DNA of 64,000 nucleotides. Source: Polyangiaceae bacterium (GTDB lineage Bacteria; Myxococcota_A; Polyangia; Polyangiales; Polyangiaceae). The stretch covers positions 128,001 to 192,000 of the forward strand of contig JBNKBE010000007.1 in NCBI GenBank assembly GCA_050287085.1. Direction: 5' to 3'. The notes beneath the pieces were generated by a model. It worked only from the letters and a program-made list of their open reading frames with translations, did not search any database and was not told the origin of the DNA. Made by a program: the position numbers and the translations under genes. Position 1 is the stretch's first letter, and every line of letters begins with the position of its first letter. This document shows, one piece after another, positions 38,929-51,348 of the stretch.

Positions 38929-40602
38929 CTAGCGCGTGATCGGCTTGTACTTGATCCTGTGCGGTTCCAGCGCATCGGAACCGAGTCGTCGCTTCTTGTC
39001 GGCCTCGTAGTCGTCGAAGTTCCCCTCGAACCATATCACTTGGCTGTCTCCCTCAAAGGCGAGCATATGCGTGGCGATGCGGTTGAGAAACCAACGATCG
39101 TGGCTAATGACTACCGCGCAGCCGGGAAAGCTGAGCAAAGCTGCTTCCAAGGCCCGTAGGGTTTCCACATCGAGGTCGTTGGTGGGTTCGTCGAGAAGCA
39201 GCAAGTTGCCGCCTGTGCGCAGGAGCTTCGCTAGGTGAACGCGATTGCGCTCACCACCTGATAAAGAGCCGATCTTCTTTTGCTGGTCGCTCCCGCGAAA
39301 GCCAAACCAGCTGCAGTAGGCGCGCGAGGCGACTTCTCTAGGGCCCACGTTGATGCGGTCTTCCCCGTTCGAGATCTCCTCCCATACGGACTTGTCGCTC
39401 GCCAGTGTGGCACGGCTTTGGTCTACGTAGGAAATGCTGACCGTCTCGCCGACGGTGAGGGTGCCGGCGTCGGGCTCTTCCTGTCCCGTGATCAACTTGA
39501 ACAGCGTGGTTTTGCCGGCGCCGTTCGCTCCGACCACGCCCACAATGCCGCTGCGCGGGAGGGAGAAGGTCAACTGATCGATCAGCAGCCGATCTCCAAA
39601 GCCCTTCGTCAAGGCGTCACCGACGAGTACCGTCTCGCCAAGGCGTGGTCCCGGTGGGATGCTGATTTCAGCCGCGTCTTTGCTTGCCTTGGTGGCGGAG
39701 GCGGACAGTTCGTCGTAAGCGCGCAGGCGTGCCTTGCCCTTGGCCTGACGGGCTTTTGCGCTCGAACGCACCCATTCGAGCTCTTGCTTGAGCTTGCGTT
39801 GAAGCGCGCTCTCCTGCTTCTCTTCGTCAGCCAATCGCGCTGACTTCTGTTCGAGCCAGGCGGTGTAGTTGCCCTTGAATGGATGGCCATGGCCGCGATC
39901 CAGCTCGAGGATCCACTCGGCGACGTTGTCCAGGAAGTAGCGGTCGTGGGTGACGGCGACGACGGTTCCTGGGAAGTCGTGCAGGAAGCGTTCGAGCCAC
40001 GCGACGGACTCTGCGTCGAGATGGTTTGTGGGCTCGTCGAGCAGGAGCATATCGGGTTTGGCGAGCAAGATCTTGCACAGAGCCACGCGGCGCTTCTCAC
40101 CACCGCTGAGGTGTTCAATCTTGGCGTCCCCGGGAGGCAAGCGCAGGGCGTCCATCGCAATGTCGACCGTCGAGTCCAGGTTCCACGCATCGGCGGCGTC
40201 GATCTGGTCTTGGAGCTCGGCCTGTCGCGCCATGAGCGCGGTCATGGCCTCGTCATCCATTGGCTCGGCAAACTGCATGTTGACCGCTTCGAAGTCGGTG
40301 AGCAGCTTTCGCGTTTCGGCTACCGCAGATTCGACTGCGTCCCGCACCGTCTCGAAACCCTCGAGCTGCGGTTCCTGTTCGAAGTAGCCGATCTTCGTTC
40401 CGGGATGAGGTTTGGCTTCACCCAAGAACTCCTGGTCTACCCCTGCCATGATGCGGAGTAGTGAGGACTTCCCGCTGCCGTTTACGCCCAGCACTCCGAT
40501 CTTCGCACCGGGGAAGAAGGCGAGATGGATGTTGCTCAGAACCTTCTTGTCCGGGGGGTGGACCTTGGTCACCCCCGTCATCGTAAAAATGAAGTCAGCC
40601 AT
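38929..40602 (-). CDS. ettA: Energy-dependent translational throttle protein (ABC-F)
   Basis: [30 protein letters not shown]...[16 protein letters not shown]...WFEGN, PHRIKYK. Confidence 0.95.
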   Translation of the reverse strand: MADFIFTMTGVTKVHPPDKKVLSNIHLAFFPGAKIGVLGVNGSGKSSLLRIMAGVDQEFLGEAKPHPGTKIGYFEQEPQLEGFETVRDAVESAVAETRKLLTDFEAVNMQFAEPMDDEAMTALMARQAELQDQIDAADAWNLDSTVDIAMDALRLPPGDAKIEHLSGGEKRRVALCKILLAKPDMLLLDEPTNHLDAESVAWLERFLHDFPGTVVAVTHDRYFLDNVAEWILELDRGHGHPFKGNYTAWLEQKSARLADEEKQESALQRKLKQELEWVRSSAKARQAKGKARLRAYDELSASATKASKDAAEISIPPGPRLGETVLVGDALTKGFGDRLLIDQLTFSLPRSGIVGVVGANGAGKTTLFKLITGQEEPDAGTLTVGETVSISYVDQSRATLASDKSVWEEISNGEDRINVGPREVASRAYCSWFGFRGSDQQKKIGSLSGGERNRVHLAKLLRTGGNLLLLDEPTNDLDVETLRALEAALLSFPGCAVVISHDRWFLNRIATHMLAFEGDSQVIWFEGNFDDYEADKKRRLGSDALEPHRIKYKPITR

Positions 40603-40796
40603 GACGATCAGCGCCCGATCCTAGGGATAGGAGTGGCGGGCAGGCAACAGCGAAAGGGAGAGCTGCACTCGCGAGACTCAGATCGGCCCCGGGGCGGCAC
40701 GTATTGCGCAATCGTGTTCGCGTGCCTCGGCGCTGAGAAGGCCCGCCGCCGCGTCGTGTCGATCCGAAGGGGCGGGGCCGCGGCGATGCCCCTGCT

Positions 40797-42260
40797 TTGG
40801 CGTACCGAGGACCGGCTCTCTCTGTGGTTGTTCGGTCAACCATGCCTTCTGGATCGGTTCCTGGTGGGGGCATCGCGTCAAGCAAAGCGCTTGTTTCCTG
40901 GCGACAGGTAATTACGCTTTGGCGAGTGATCCGAACCTGGCGGGCATATTGGCTTTTTGCCACCGTCTTTGCATCCTATGGACTGCAGTGGGCCCTAGCC
41001 CGCGGCCGCTGGGTGGGCGCCGGCGCGCGTTGGGAGCGCGTGCATCAACTCAATGCGGAGCGCCTCTTTCGAGGCTTTGCGCGGCTTGGTGGAGTCTACA
41101 TCAAGCTTGGACAAGTGCTCAGCGTCCTGGGCTCCTTCCTACCAGAAGTGTACTCTCGCACGTTGGAGCAGCTGCAAGACTCGGTCCCGGCGAAGCCTTT
41201 CAGCGACATCGTCCGGCGACTCGAGGAAGGACTGGGGCCAGACGCTCTCGAACGTTTCCAAAGCATCGACCGCGAGCCCATCGCCGCGGCGTCGTTGGCA
41301 CAAGTCCACCGCGGCGTGACGGCGCAGGGTGATGTAGTGGCGATTAAAGTGCTCTACCCGGGCATCGAAAAGCTGGTTGAGAAGGACATTCGACTTCTGC
41401 TGTGGGTGGCGCGGATCGCCCGCCCCCTGTTTGGCTTTGGAGACATGCGGGCTCCAGTGGCGCAGCTGCGGGCGATGCTGGTGCATGAGACCGACTACGT
41501 CCGGGAACGACAGAACATCGAGCGCGTGCGAGCCATGTTTGTCGATAGAGACGACCTGCTGGTGCCTCGCGTGTACGAGCAGCTTTCGGGGCGTGCCGTG
41601 CTGGTCATGAGCTATGAGTCAGGGATCAAGGTTAGCGACGTTGACGCTCTCGCCGCACACGGGATTGATCGCGATGCGATCGCAGCGACGATCACCGACT
41701 GCTTTCTCTGCATGTTGCTGCAACATCATGTCTTCCACGCCGATCCTCATCCCGGCAATCTGCTTGCGCGAGCCGGCAATCGGGTGGTGCTATTGGACTA
41801 CGGCGCGGTGGAGGATATCCGTCCAGAGCTCGTTTCAGGACTGAAGAAAGTCATGCTGGGTGCGCTCAGCCGCCGCAGCAGTCAGGTGATCGAAGGCGTC
41901 GAGGAAATGGGTTTTGTTGCGGAGGGCGGGGACCGCGAGCTACTCAGAGAGCTGGGGGAAGAATACCTGGCGCGCCTGAAGCAGATAAACATCAAGGATT
42001 TTGGACATCTCAGTCCGGCAGAGCTGCGGGCCTTGAGCGGGCTAGACCAATTGCGAGGGCGCATGCGGCGCTTCACTTCGAGCGTTCAGTACCCGGAAGG
42101 ATACTTCTACGTCGAGCGCACCCTGTCTTTGCTGTTTGGAGTGATCGGGCGTCTGGCGCCGGGCAAGGGACTGCTCGGCGTGGGCGCCCCATTTGCTGCC
42201 CGTGCACTGATGCGTGGATATGCACACCAGGGCCCGCGCCCTCAGCGGGCAGTCCCGTGA
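40797..42260 (+). CDS. ABC1/UbiB/AarF atypical kinase family protein
   Basis: IKLGQ, LQD, AAASLAQVH, VAIKV.YP, FHADPHPGN and LLDYG. Start uncertain. Confidence 0.9.
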   Translation: MAYRGPALSVVVRSTMPSGSVPGGGIASSKALVSWRQVITLWRVIRTWRAYWLFATVFASYGLQWALARGRWVGAGARWERVHQLNAERLFRGFARLGGVYIKLGQVLSVLGSFLPEVYSRTLEQLQDSVPAKPFSDIVRRLEEGLGPDALERFQSIDREPIAAASLAQVHRGVTAQGDVVAIKVLYPGIEKLVEKDIRLLLWVARIARPLFGFGDMRAPVAQLRAMLVHETDYVRERQNIERVRAMFVDRDDLLVPRVYEQLSGRAVLVMSYESGIKVSDVDALAAHGIDRDAIAATITDCFLCMLLQHHVFHADPHPGNLLARAGNRVVLLDYGAVEDIRPELVSGLKKVMLGALSRRSSQVIEGVEEMGFVAEGGDRELLRELGEEYLARLKQINIKDFGHLSPAELRALSGLDQLRGRMRRFTSSVQYPEGYFYVERTLSLLFGVIGRLAPGKGLLGVGAPFAARALMRGYAHQGPRPQRAVP

Positions 42261-45200
42261 CTATGCCGCCTCCGGCGCGCTGGCGTCATCGACTTCCGCC
42301 GGACTTGAGTCGGCTTGTTTCCAAGGCGTTGTGTGTGCTCTTCGGCTTGATCGGGGCGCTGCCCTTGGGAGCCGCGTTCCTAATCAAGACGTCATGGGTG
42401 CAGGCCTGGGCTTCGGCGGAGACGGCGCGCGTGATCGCCGAGGTGGTCGGCGTCGATGCGGGCTACCGCGTAGAACTGACGTTGTTGCCCTTTGAGCTCC
42501 GCCTGGACGACGTGGTGGTGGCGGGGAATGACGGTGCCGGGCCGGCGCTGCGGGCAGCCAGCGTGCGAGTTGCTCCGCGGCCCTTTGCACTGCTCGGAGG
42601 GCGATTGGACGTGGGCGAAGTGGAGGTCACGCGACCCAGGCTGCGGCTGATCGTGGAAGACGGAAAGCTCTCCAACGTGACGACGACCTGGTCCTCAGGG
42701 AGCAGTAACACCCAGTCGTTGAAGCACTGGCCGTTTCGGATCATCTCTTTGACGGACGCAGAAGTCGATCTGATGGTCGATGGCATGCGCGCCTCCGTGA
42801 CCGCCCTTGACTTGGACCTATTGGCCCAGCCGGACGAGTCTTTGGAGCTCCTCCTTCGCGTCGGAGAGAGCACGCTCAGCGCGCCACCGCTTGGTGCTTC
42901 CGAAGCGGGCCCCACACCCGCGTACGATAGCGATCGCTTGTGTCAATTGGAAGCGCGCGTACGTTGGGACGAGCGCGGGCTATTGGTGCGACGGCTCGCG
43001 GCCATCGGCAGCGCGGACATCGATCCGACTCCCGGCAGTGACGTGAACTGTCGGCTTGGCTCGGAGACACCAGAGGGGCGAGTTGCGCTCAGGGCGGAGG
43101 CGCTGCGCTACCAGTCCAAGACGGCACAGCAACCCGCGCGACTTGAGGGTGAGGTCATGCTCCGTGCGCCGCTCGAACTCGCCAATAGGATCGGAGGAGA
43201 GCTGTTGCCTTGGGGCGGCTGGGTCGGACTCACTGGCGCCCTTCGGTGGACCACCGGTGATCCGCTGCCGGGCTTCAGCGGCCGAATAAAGACTTCTGAT
43301 CTCTGGTATGGGCCGCACCGCGTGGTGGACTTCATCGACGGCCCCATCGAGGTGATCGGAGATCGTGTTCTTTCGCCGGAGCTCAAGACTGGATACGCAG
43401 GTGGCAAAGTGCGCGTGCTGGACTTTCAGCTCGAACCCCTGGAAGCGGGGGTACCGCTTCGTGCCGGACGTGTTGTCATCAAGCGTGTGCCCTTCGTTGA
43501 TTTGATGCGCGACACCTACGTGACCAAGGACGCGATCGTTGACTTCATGATCGACGATACCGTCGTCGAGAACTTTCATGGTACGACAACGCCTCTTGTC
43601 TTGGACGGGGACTTGCGCGCTTTCGCTGATGGCTTTCAGATCCTCAGCGCCTCTCATCGCGACCCGACGGCGAGGCGCCTGTTCGGAATCAATAGTCGAA
43701 CTTCGGTCGTCGGCAAGTTTGGTGTCCGCCTTAACGGTCTGCACTTCGATGACGAGACGGTCACCTTTGGCAACAGTCAGCTCAACGCGAGCGTGCGCGT
43801 TGGCTTTGCCAACTGGATTGAGCTTGAGCAGCCCAAAGGGCACATCGACCTGGCCGACGTAAGTCCGCTTGTGACCCTGCCGATGGCGGGCATGGCTCAA
43901 CTCGAGACGACCATGGGAGGACCGCGAGACGACCCGCAATTGAAGAGCACCCTGTCCGTCGAGGGGTTGCAGCTGGCCGGATTTCCGATCGGCGATCTAG
44001 AACCAACGGCGCTTCGCTTTCGCCCGCTTGTCGTCGACGTCGACAAGGCGCGAGTCAAGAAGGGCGCGAGTGTCTTTGAGTTGGCGCATGCTCGATTCGA
44101 CTTCCAGAGCGGGCCTGCGCTGCTGCTGAACGCGGACCTAGATGCAGCGGACGTGGATATTCGAGACTTCCTTGCGATGTGGCACCTGGACCATGACCCG
44201 CGATGGGAGCACTTGACGGGGGAGGTTGGGGGAAGCAGCCGTCTTCGCTTTGTCATTGGCGGCAAAGACGATCCCTGCAAGGGAGGGCGCTTATTTGCCA
44301 ATGGGCGACTTGCGCTTGGTCGCTTTGCCGCTTTTGGGGAGGGCTACGACTCCGGCGAAGCGGATGTGGCTTTCGACTGGTTAGACCCTCAAGCGAGCCA
44401 ATACGGCATGACGCTCCGCGTGCCGTCTTTCGTCGCGCGCAAAGCTGAAGGGATAGTCCTCGGGACGCTGGACATCAATCCTGGCGCGACGGTGCACGCC
44501 AGCGTGGTTGGCAGTCGCATTCCGCTCTCTCGCGTTGATGCTCTGGGCGCTCTGGGGGCCAAGCTGGGTGGTACAGCGTCTTTCAATGCGACCTTCGGCG
44601 GGCGCCTGGACGCGCTCGAGGCGGACTTCAAGGGTCGTCTGGGTCCCGTATTCGTCGGGCGGCATCGTCTTCCCGAGTCCTCGCTTTCCGCTCGATTGGT
44701 GCCGCGAAAGCTGCCGCAGAAGGCAGGGGCGGGCAAGACGAGCTGTGGATACCCGGTTTCGAAGCCCTTTGACGAACTGGCCTACGCGGTAGATGAGCCC
44801 ACGGGGGACTACTACGTCAGCGGTTCACTGTTTGGGTCGATGATCCGACTCGAGCAGATGCGGATCGACAACGCTCGTTCCAAGCATGTTGCGGGGGTAG
44901 TCAAGTTCGACGCTCTGGATCTCACACCGCTGCTTCGCTCCCAGTTGCTGGACGATGAGGCAGCAACGGTTGGCACGCTGACCGGGCGGGTGGAGATTGA
45001 AGATCTGCCCTTGGACGATTGGAGCTCCGGGTCAGGCCTGCTGGAGGTCGACCAACTTCAAGTGGGGTCGGCCGGCCTTGTTGCCAATGTGCTCGGCACG
45101 CCGCGTCTAGTGCTGGGTAAACGCCGACTCAATCTGGACAAGATTGTCACTCGCGTCACCTCGCCTGATGGCTACAGTACCGTCGTTGACGTAGGGGGCC

Positions 45201-46639
45201 AGGTTGACAAACTAGGGCTCGAAAACGAGCTCGATCTGCGGCTCGAGCTGCGCCCCGTTGAGCTGGTGCGCTTCGAGTCGCTGATCGGAGCGGACGGCAG
45301 CATTGCTGGGACGCTCGCGGGTGTGCTGGAGTTGCACGGTCCGCTCGACAACCTGAGGCAAGAGGGGGGCGTCTCCATTCGCGGCGGGGAATTCGAAGCC
45401 GCCGACGCTAGCTGGGCGATCACCGACGGGGAGGTCGACGTCGTGATCGAGGGCGGTGCGCTGACGATCCAGCGGGCTCAGGCCGTGCTCGGGGGTGGCC
45501 TGGTGCGGGCCAGCGGCTCAGCCCCGCTGCGCGGTCTATCGCTCGGCACCTTGCGCGGGGAGATTCAAGTGGAAGACGCACGCCTCCCGCTTGGCCCGGA
45601 CCTGCTTGCCGTCGCAGACGCGAACCTCGAGGGGCAATGGGAGCTCGGTGGGGATGAAACAGAGCAGCGACCTAATATCAAGGGTACGGTGACCCTGGAG
45701 AGCTTCGAATACTCACGCCCCGTCAACCTTTCGGCTGACATTGCGGCGCTCACCGGTCAGCGCGGCAAGACCACCTTCGAGCACTACGATCCAGCGCTCG
45801 ACAAAGTGAACTTCGACTTGAGCATCACCGCGCGGCAAGCCCTGCGCATCAACAACAACCTAATCGAAGCGCGGCTCTCCATCGACCGCCCGGGACTTCA
45901 GCTCCAGGGAACGAATCAGCGCTACGGGGTTCGTGGCCGTGTCCAAGTGGAACCCGGCGGACGCATCCACTTTCGCCGCAACGAATTCGAGGTGACGAGT
46001 GGCGAAGTGCGCTTTGACGATCCCACGGAGGTGGCTCCACGCGTCGACCTGCGAGCGTATACGGACTATCGTCGTTTCTCCAATACCACCGCCACCGGCA
46101 GTCACGCGGCCCAGGCCGTGACCGGCGCAAGCGCAATGGGTGCCGCCGCGGGTCAGTGGCGTATCGCCATGCACGCCTACGGCGATGTTGACGAACTCAA
46201 GCTGGATCTATCGAGCCAACCTGAGCTATCCCAAGACGACATTTTTCTACTGCTCACCCTGGGCTTGACGCGCGCGGAGCTCGATCAGGCGAACCTCCAA
46301 GGGACCGTGGCGCTCGAGGCGTTGGGATCGCTCACGGGGGCAGACAGCGTTGTCCGCAGTGCTATCCCCGTGATCGATGAATTCCGCTTCGGCAGCGCCT
46401 ATTCGGCGCGCACCGGCCGGAGTGAGCCGACCGTTACGATCGGCAAACGGTTGACGGAACGACTCCGTGCCTACGTCACCACCGGCCTAACCGAGTCCCG
46501 CGAAGTGCGATCCAATGTTGAGTGGCGCCTCGACTCGCGGACGAGTGTCGAGAGCTCCTACGACAACATCAACGATATCTCGAGCTCGAACGTCGGCAAC
46601 ATCGGCGCCGACGTTCGGTGGCGTCTCGAGTTTGATTGA
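42257..46639 (+). CDS. tamB: Translocation/assembly module TamB (AsmA-like, DUF490)
   Basis: N-terminal TM anchor, long beta-taco repeats, C-terminal LSSQPELSQ.DI..LL and GKRL...GADVRWRLEF. Confidence 0.88.
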   Translation: MTMPPPARWRHRLPPDLSRLVSKALCVLFGLIGALPLGAAFLIKTSWVQAWASAETARVIAEVVGVDAGYRVELTLLPFELRLDDVVVAGNDGAGPALRAASVRVAPRPFALLGGRLDVGEVEVTRPRLRLIVEDGKLSNVTTTWSSGSSNTQSLKHWPFRIISLTDAEVDLMVDGMRASVTALDLDLLAQPDESLELLLRVGESTLSAPPLGASEAGPTPAYDSDRLCQLEARVRWDERGLLVRRLAAIGSADIDPTPGSDVNCRLGSETPEGRVALRAEALRYQSKTAQQPARLEGEVMLRAPLELANRIGGELLPWGGWVGLTGALRWTTGDPLPGFSGRIKTSDLWYGPHRVVDFIDGPIEVIGDRVLSPELKTGYAGGKVRVLDFQLEPLEAGVPLRAGRVVIKRVPFVDLMRDTYVTKDAIVDFMIDDTVVENFHGTTTPLVLDGDLRAFADGFQILSASHRDPTARRLFGINSRTSVVGKFGVRLNGLHFDDETVTFGNSQLNASVRVGFANWIELEQPKGHIDLADVSPLVTLPMAGMAQLETTMGGPRDDPQLKSTLSVEGLQLAGFPIGDLEPTALRFRPLVVDVDKARVKKGASVFELAHARFDFQSGPALLLNADLDAADVDIRDFLAMWHLDHDPRWEHLTGEVGGSSRLRFVIGGKDDPCKGGRLFANGRLALGRFAAFGEGYDSGEADVAFDWLDPQASQYGMTLRVPSFVARKAEGIVLGTLDINPGATVHASVVGSRIPLSRVDALGALGAKLGGTASFNATFGGRLDALEADFKGRLGPVFVGRHRLPESSLSARLVPRKLPQKAGAGKTSCGYPVSKPFDELAYAVDEPTGDYYVSGSLFGSMIRLEQMRIDNARSKHVAGVVKFDALDLTPLLRSQLLDDEAATVGTLTGRVEIEDLPLDDWSSGSGLLEVDQLQVGSAGLVANVLGTPRLVLGKRRLNLDKIVTRVTSPDGYSTVVDVGGQVDKLGLENELDLRLELRPVELVRFESLIGADGSIAGTLAGVLELHGPLDNLRQEGGVSIRGGEFEAADASWAITDGEVDVVIEGGALTIQRAQAVLGGGLVRASGSAPLRGLSLGTLRGEIQVEDARLPLGPDLLAVADANLEGQWELGGDETEQRPNIKGTVTLESFEYSRPVNLSADIAALTGQRGKTTFEHYDPALDKVNFDLSITARQALRINNNLIEARLSIDRPGLQLQGTNQRYGVRGRVQVEPGGRIHFRRNEFEVTSGEVRFDDPTEVAPRVDLRAYTDYRRFSNTTATGSHAAQAVTGASAMGAAAGQWRIAMHAYGDVDELKLDLSSQPELSQDDIFLLLTLGLTRAELDQANLQGTVALEALGSLTGADSVVRSAIPVIDEFRFGSAYSARTGRSEPTVTIGKRLTERLRAYVTTGLTESREVRSNVEWRLDSRTSVESSYDNINDISSSNVGNIGADVRWRLEFD

Positions 46640-46719
46640 TCCGCAGTTCGCATCGACGCGCCCGGCGCTGCACGAGTTTGCATGATCCGCAGCTCGCATC
46701 GACGCGCCCGGCGCTGTAC
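46627..46719 (+). repeat. 46-bp tandem duplication spanning the tamB stop codon
   Basis: cgagtttg(at/ca)tgatccgcag(t/c)tcgcatcgacgcgcccggcgctg(c/t)ac starting at 46627 and 46673. Confidence 0.9.
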
Positions 46720-46731
46720 CAATGGCGGTTC

Positions 46732-47424
46732 TCAAGCCGCCAGGGACGAGCGTCGATTCATCCCAGACTTCGGACTCTTGCTGTGGTCCTGGGCGGCAGC
46801 GTCGTCCTGGGCGGCAGCGCAATCCTGGGCGGTCGCGTCATCCTGGGTGGCAGCGCCCTGGTTCGGAGAGACAAGCTGTGCGGGAGACACAAGCTGCGGA
46901 CATTCGACGATAGCCACGTACTGCTGGCCGCGAGTGCGTTCTGCTGTGTCTGCCACGACGGCGGAACCCGCGGGATGACCTAAGAATGGCTGAGCCAGGG
47001 CGCCCACCGAGACACCCGGGGAGGCCGGGTTGAAGCCCGACGCCTCAACGAGCTCATCAAACGTCCATTCACCATCAGGATCAGCAAAGAAGTCCACCGG
47101 CAGCTGGTCGAGGATGACACGATGACGCATGATCTTCATGCTGGGCCTCAGGCTGCCATCTACGGCAGAGCTGCTGTCGAGCGTGCTTGGACGGTCGTCG
47201 GACGCGCTTGGGGCAGCTTCACGGGTTCTGGACTGCAGTGAGATTGGAGCTTGTGTCGAATCAGTCTGCGTCGCATCCGAAGACAGCGGAGCGACTGAGG
47301 ACAGCGGAGCGACTGAAGACAGCGGAGCGACTGAGGACAGCGGAGCGACTGAAGACAGCGGAGCGACTGAAGACAGCGGAGCGCGACTGGGGATGCTCGA
47401 CGGCAGGGGCAAGGCGAGGTGCAT
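46732..47424 (-). CDS. Hypothetical protein: small globular core flanked by 6-aa repeats
   Basis: Protein-like core RVILDQLPVDFFADPDGEWTFDELVEASGF...; (SSVAPL)n N-terminal and (AAAQDD)-like C-terminal repeats. Start could be about 47148. Confidence 0.5.
   Translation of the reverse strand: MHLALPLPSSIPSRAPLSSVAPLSSVAPLSSVAPLSSVAPLSSVAPLSSDATQTDSTQAPISLQSRTREAAPSASDDRPSTLDSSSAVDGSLRPSMKIMRHRVILDQLPVDFFADPDGEWTFDELVEASGFNPASPGVSVGALAQPFLGHPAGSAVVADTAERTRGQQYVAIVECPQLVSPAQLVSPNQGAATQDDATAQDCAAAQDDAAAQDHSKSPKSGMNRRSSLAA
46786..46857. repeat. Degenerate 18-bp tandem repeat, 4 copies
   Basis: gtcctgggcggcagcgtc / gtcctgggcggcagcgca / atcctgggcggtcgcgtc / atcctgggtggcagcgcc. Confidence 0.8.
47279..47383. 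repeat. 18-bp tandem repeat, about 6 near-perfect copies
   Basis: ga(a/g)gacagcggagcgact repeated. Confidence 0.95.
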
Positions 47425-47540
47425 GGCGTTGGTCCGTAGGTAGAACTGTGAGAGTTGACCCCGGGGTGTTGACCCTTGGGGCGTGCGGCGCAGCGGGCCG
47501 GCAGGAGGCAGTTGCGACCCGCTGCAGGACGTACGGTACC

Positions 47541-47619
47541 AACACTGAACAAAGAATCAAGTAAATGTTCAGTGGTTGTATGTAAACACTAGAAATTAAA
47601 CGGCAAAAAACACTGAACA
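47541..47619. promoter_or_regulatory. AT-rich operator-like region with direct and inverted CACTGAACA boxes
   Basis: aacactgaaca at 47541 and 47609; inverted tgttcagtg at 47566; markedly AT-rich against the background. Confidence 0.55.
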
Positions 47620-47627
47620 GACTGCCG

Positions 47628-49526
<1,899 letters not shown>

Positions 49527-49581
49527 CGAATGGCTCGCTTCGACGAGGAGTATGGAGGGGTCGCCACGCGCGGGGGCGAGG

Positions 49582-50439
49582 TTAATTGCAAAACTCGAAC
49601 TCCGAGATGGTGGTCTCGATGTTGAAGTTGCTCGACACGGTGTGTCGTTCGGCGAAGAATAGGTGCAATGGGTATATCCCGTCGGGCTCTAGTCCCACGC
49701 GTTCAGCGACGTCGTCGAGTTCGACGCTTTGTGTTTGGCTCGCGTGGATGCCTCCGAGGTCGATGACGAGTTGACGGTTGATGAACACCCACAGATCGTC
49801 GTCCCCGCGAAAACGAAAGGTCTCGCCTCCGCGATACTGAAAGGAGGTCGCAACTTCGAGAGTGAAGTGATAGTTGCGCGTACTGCCCTCGTTCCCGAAT
49901 CCGAGACCGGTAAGGGGGAAGAACTGCGACTGGCGGTAGGCGTACATGCCGTCGCCAATGGACACCAGCTCTAGGTTTGCGCCAAACTCAAGGTTGACTC
50001 CCGACTTGGTGTGATACCAGTCGTCGAAGTTGTCAGCTCCGGTGGTGCTGGGCGACGTGGTGGCGGGCGCGTAGACGGGCTTGTCATCGTCGCCCAGCCG
50101 CACCTGGACGATGCCTTGCTCTACGCCCGCCGGGAAGTCTCCTTCGAAGTCGGGGTGGTCCGAGCGAAAGTCCCGCAATGTGGCTTGCAGCGTCGGGGGG
50201 CCCGGGGCTGGAGCGTCACAGCGAGCCCAGACGCCGAGCTCGCAAATTTGGGTACCGGTGCCGCAAACGGAGCGACAGGGGCGCGTGTCGCCTGCCTGGC
50301 ATTCAGCTTCGTCCGCTGCGGGTGCGGCCGCATCTTGGGGGCCGCGCCGGCTTATGTCGCTGCGTGCGCCGCAGCCGACCGCGTACAGCAGCGCGAGCGC
50401 GGCGAGACCGGATTCAGCCCGCGACTGGAATGTCTTCAC
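49582..50439 (-). CDS. Fibro-slime (PA14-like) domain lipoprotein
   Basis: Lipobox AVGC; RDF...HPDFE, FFPL, NYHFT, F.FRGDDDLWVFIN..LVIDLGGIH and FFAERH. Confidence 0.9.
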   Translation of the reverse strand: MKTFQSRAESGLAALALLYAVGCGARSDISRRGPQDAAAPAADEAECQAGDTRPCRSVCGTGTQICELGVWARCDAPAPGPPTLQATLRDFRSDHPDFEGDFPAGVEQGIVQVRLGDDDKPVYAPATTSPSTTGADNFDDWYHTKSGVNLEFGANLELVSIGDGMYAYRQSQFFPLTGLGFGNEGSTRNYHFTLEVATSFQYRGGETFRFRGDDDLWVFINRQLVIDLGGIHASQTQSVELDDVAERVGLEPDGIYPLHLFFAERHTVSSNFNIETTISEFEFCN

Positions 50440-51076
50440 ACTGCGAACCCTTGGCCTGGCGATTTTCGAACTCGACGGTGCACGACAGGGCACCCGAGAT
50501 CGATTCGGCGAATTGGATGACGAGGGGCGCCAGCTCGTACCAGTCGCGTGGGCCATCGATGCGAGCCCGAATGACGCCATCCGGATCGAGGATCCAGGTC
50601 TCTGGAAAGAGTTTTGTCCCGTACTTGCCACGTACCACGTCGCTTTCAGCGTCAACCAGAGTGGTGAAGTTGGCCGTTTCTCCGAGCACCGAGGAGAGGG
50701 TTGCGCTGGCGTCGCTTGCGCTTTCATCCGTCGTGACGGTGAGCAGTTCGATATCGGGGTAAGCGGCCAGCACCTTCCCTAGCTGCGCAAGGGATGGCAT
50801 CTCCTGCAGACAGGGGGCACACGTCTTCGTCCAGAAGTTGAGAACCACAACCTTGCCGCGGTAGTCTGAAAGCTGCACGGGGCGCCCCGTGAGGTCTTTG
50901 AGCTCGAATTCGGGCGCTAGGCGATTGCGGGCCGCATAGTCAGGAGACAGCGAGCATAAGGGCGTGCACACGCGGCGTTGTTCCCCCTCCTTCATGGCCG
51001 AGACGAAAGAGAATACGCCGCTTGCTGCTACGCCGATGAACAGCACCTGCGCGAGTTGTCCGAAACGCCCGTTCAT
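50414..51076 (-). CDS. TlpA-family thiol:disulfide oxidoreductase
   Basis: APEFEL.DL.G..V.LSDYRGKVVVLNFW..TCAPC..EMP and FPET motifs. Confidence 0.9.
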   Translation of the reverse strand: MNGRFGQLAQVLFIGVAASGVFSFVSAMKEGEQRRVCTPLCSLSPDYAARNRLAPEFELKDLTGRPVQLSDYRGKVVVLNFWTKTCAPCLQEMPSLAQLGKVLAAYPDIELLTVTTDESASDASATLSSVLGETANFTTLVDAESDVVRGKYGTKLFPETWILDPDGVIRARIDGPRDWYELAPLVIQFAESISGALSCTVEFENRQAKGSQCEDIPVAG

Positions 51077-51348
51077 GGCGCCTACATTACCCCATGCGGC
51101 TCCAGGCGGAAGGGGCCGTGACGCATTGAGCACAAAAAGCCTCCAGGGCGCTCCGGTAGAGCCCAGGACCTCCCCGCCGGGCCAGGGGCGAGCAATCTTC
51201 GGCGCGGTCCGAGGGTGACACCGCGCCGCATCGGGTGTTATGGGCGGCGCGCGAGTCCCTTCCGCGTTTCGGGGTTGCCTACGGTGGGACCGTGTTTCAT
51301 GCCGGAACAGCCTCTCGTTTACGCACGCACCCCTCGATTTCGGAAGCC

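Noticed and set aside
46627..47383. Possible CRISPR array
   Set aside because: Repeats are head-to-tail with no unique spacers, and there are no cas genes in the window.
47557..47573. Full Myxococcus-type LexA box
   Set aside because: Only the GTTCAG half matches; kept as a half-site observation, not called as an SOS box.
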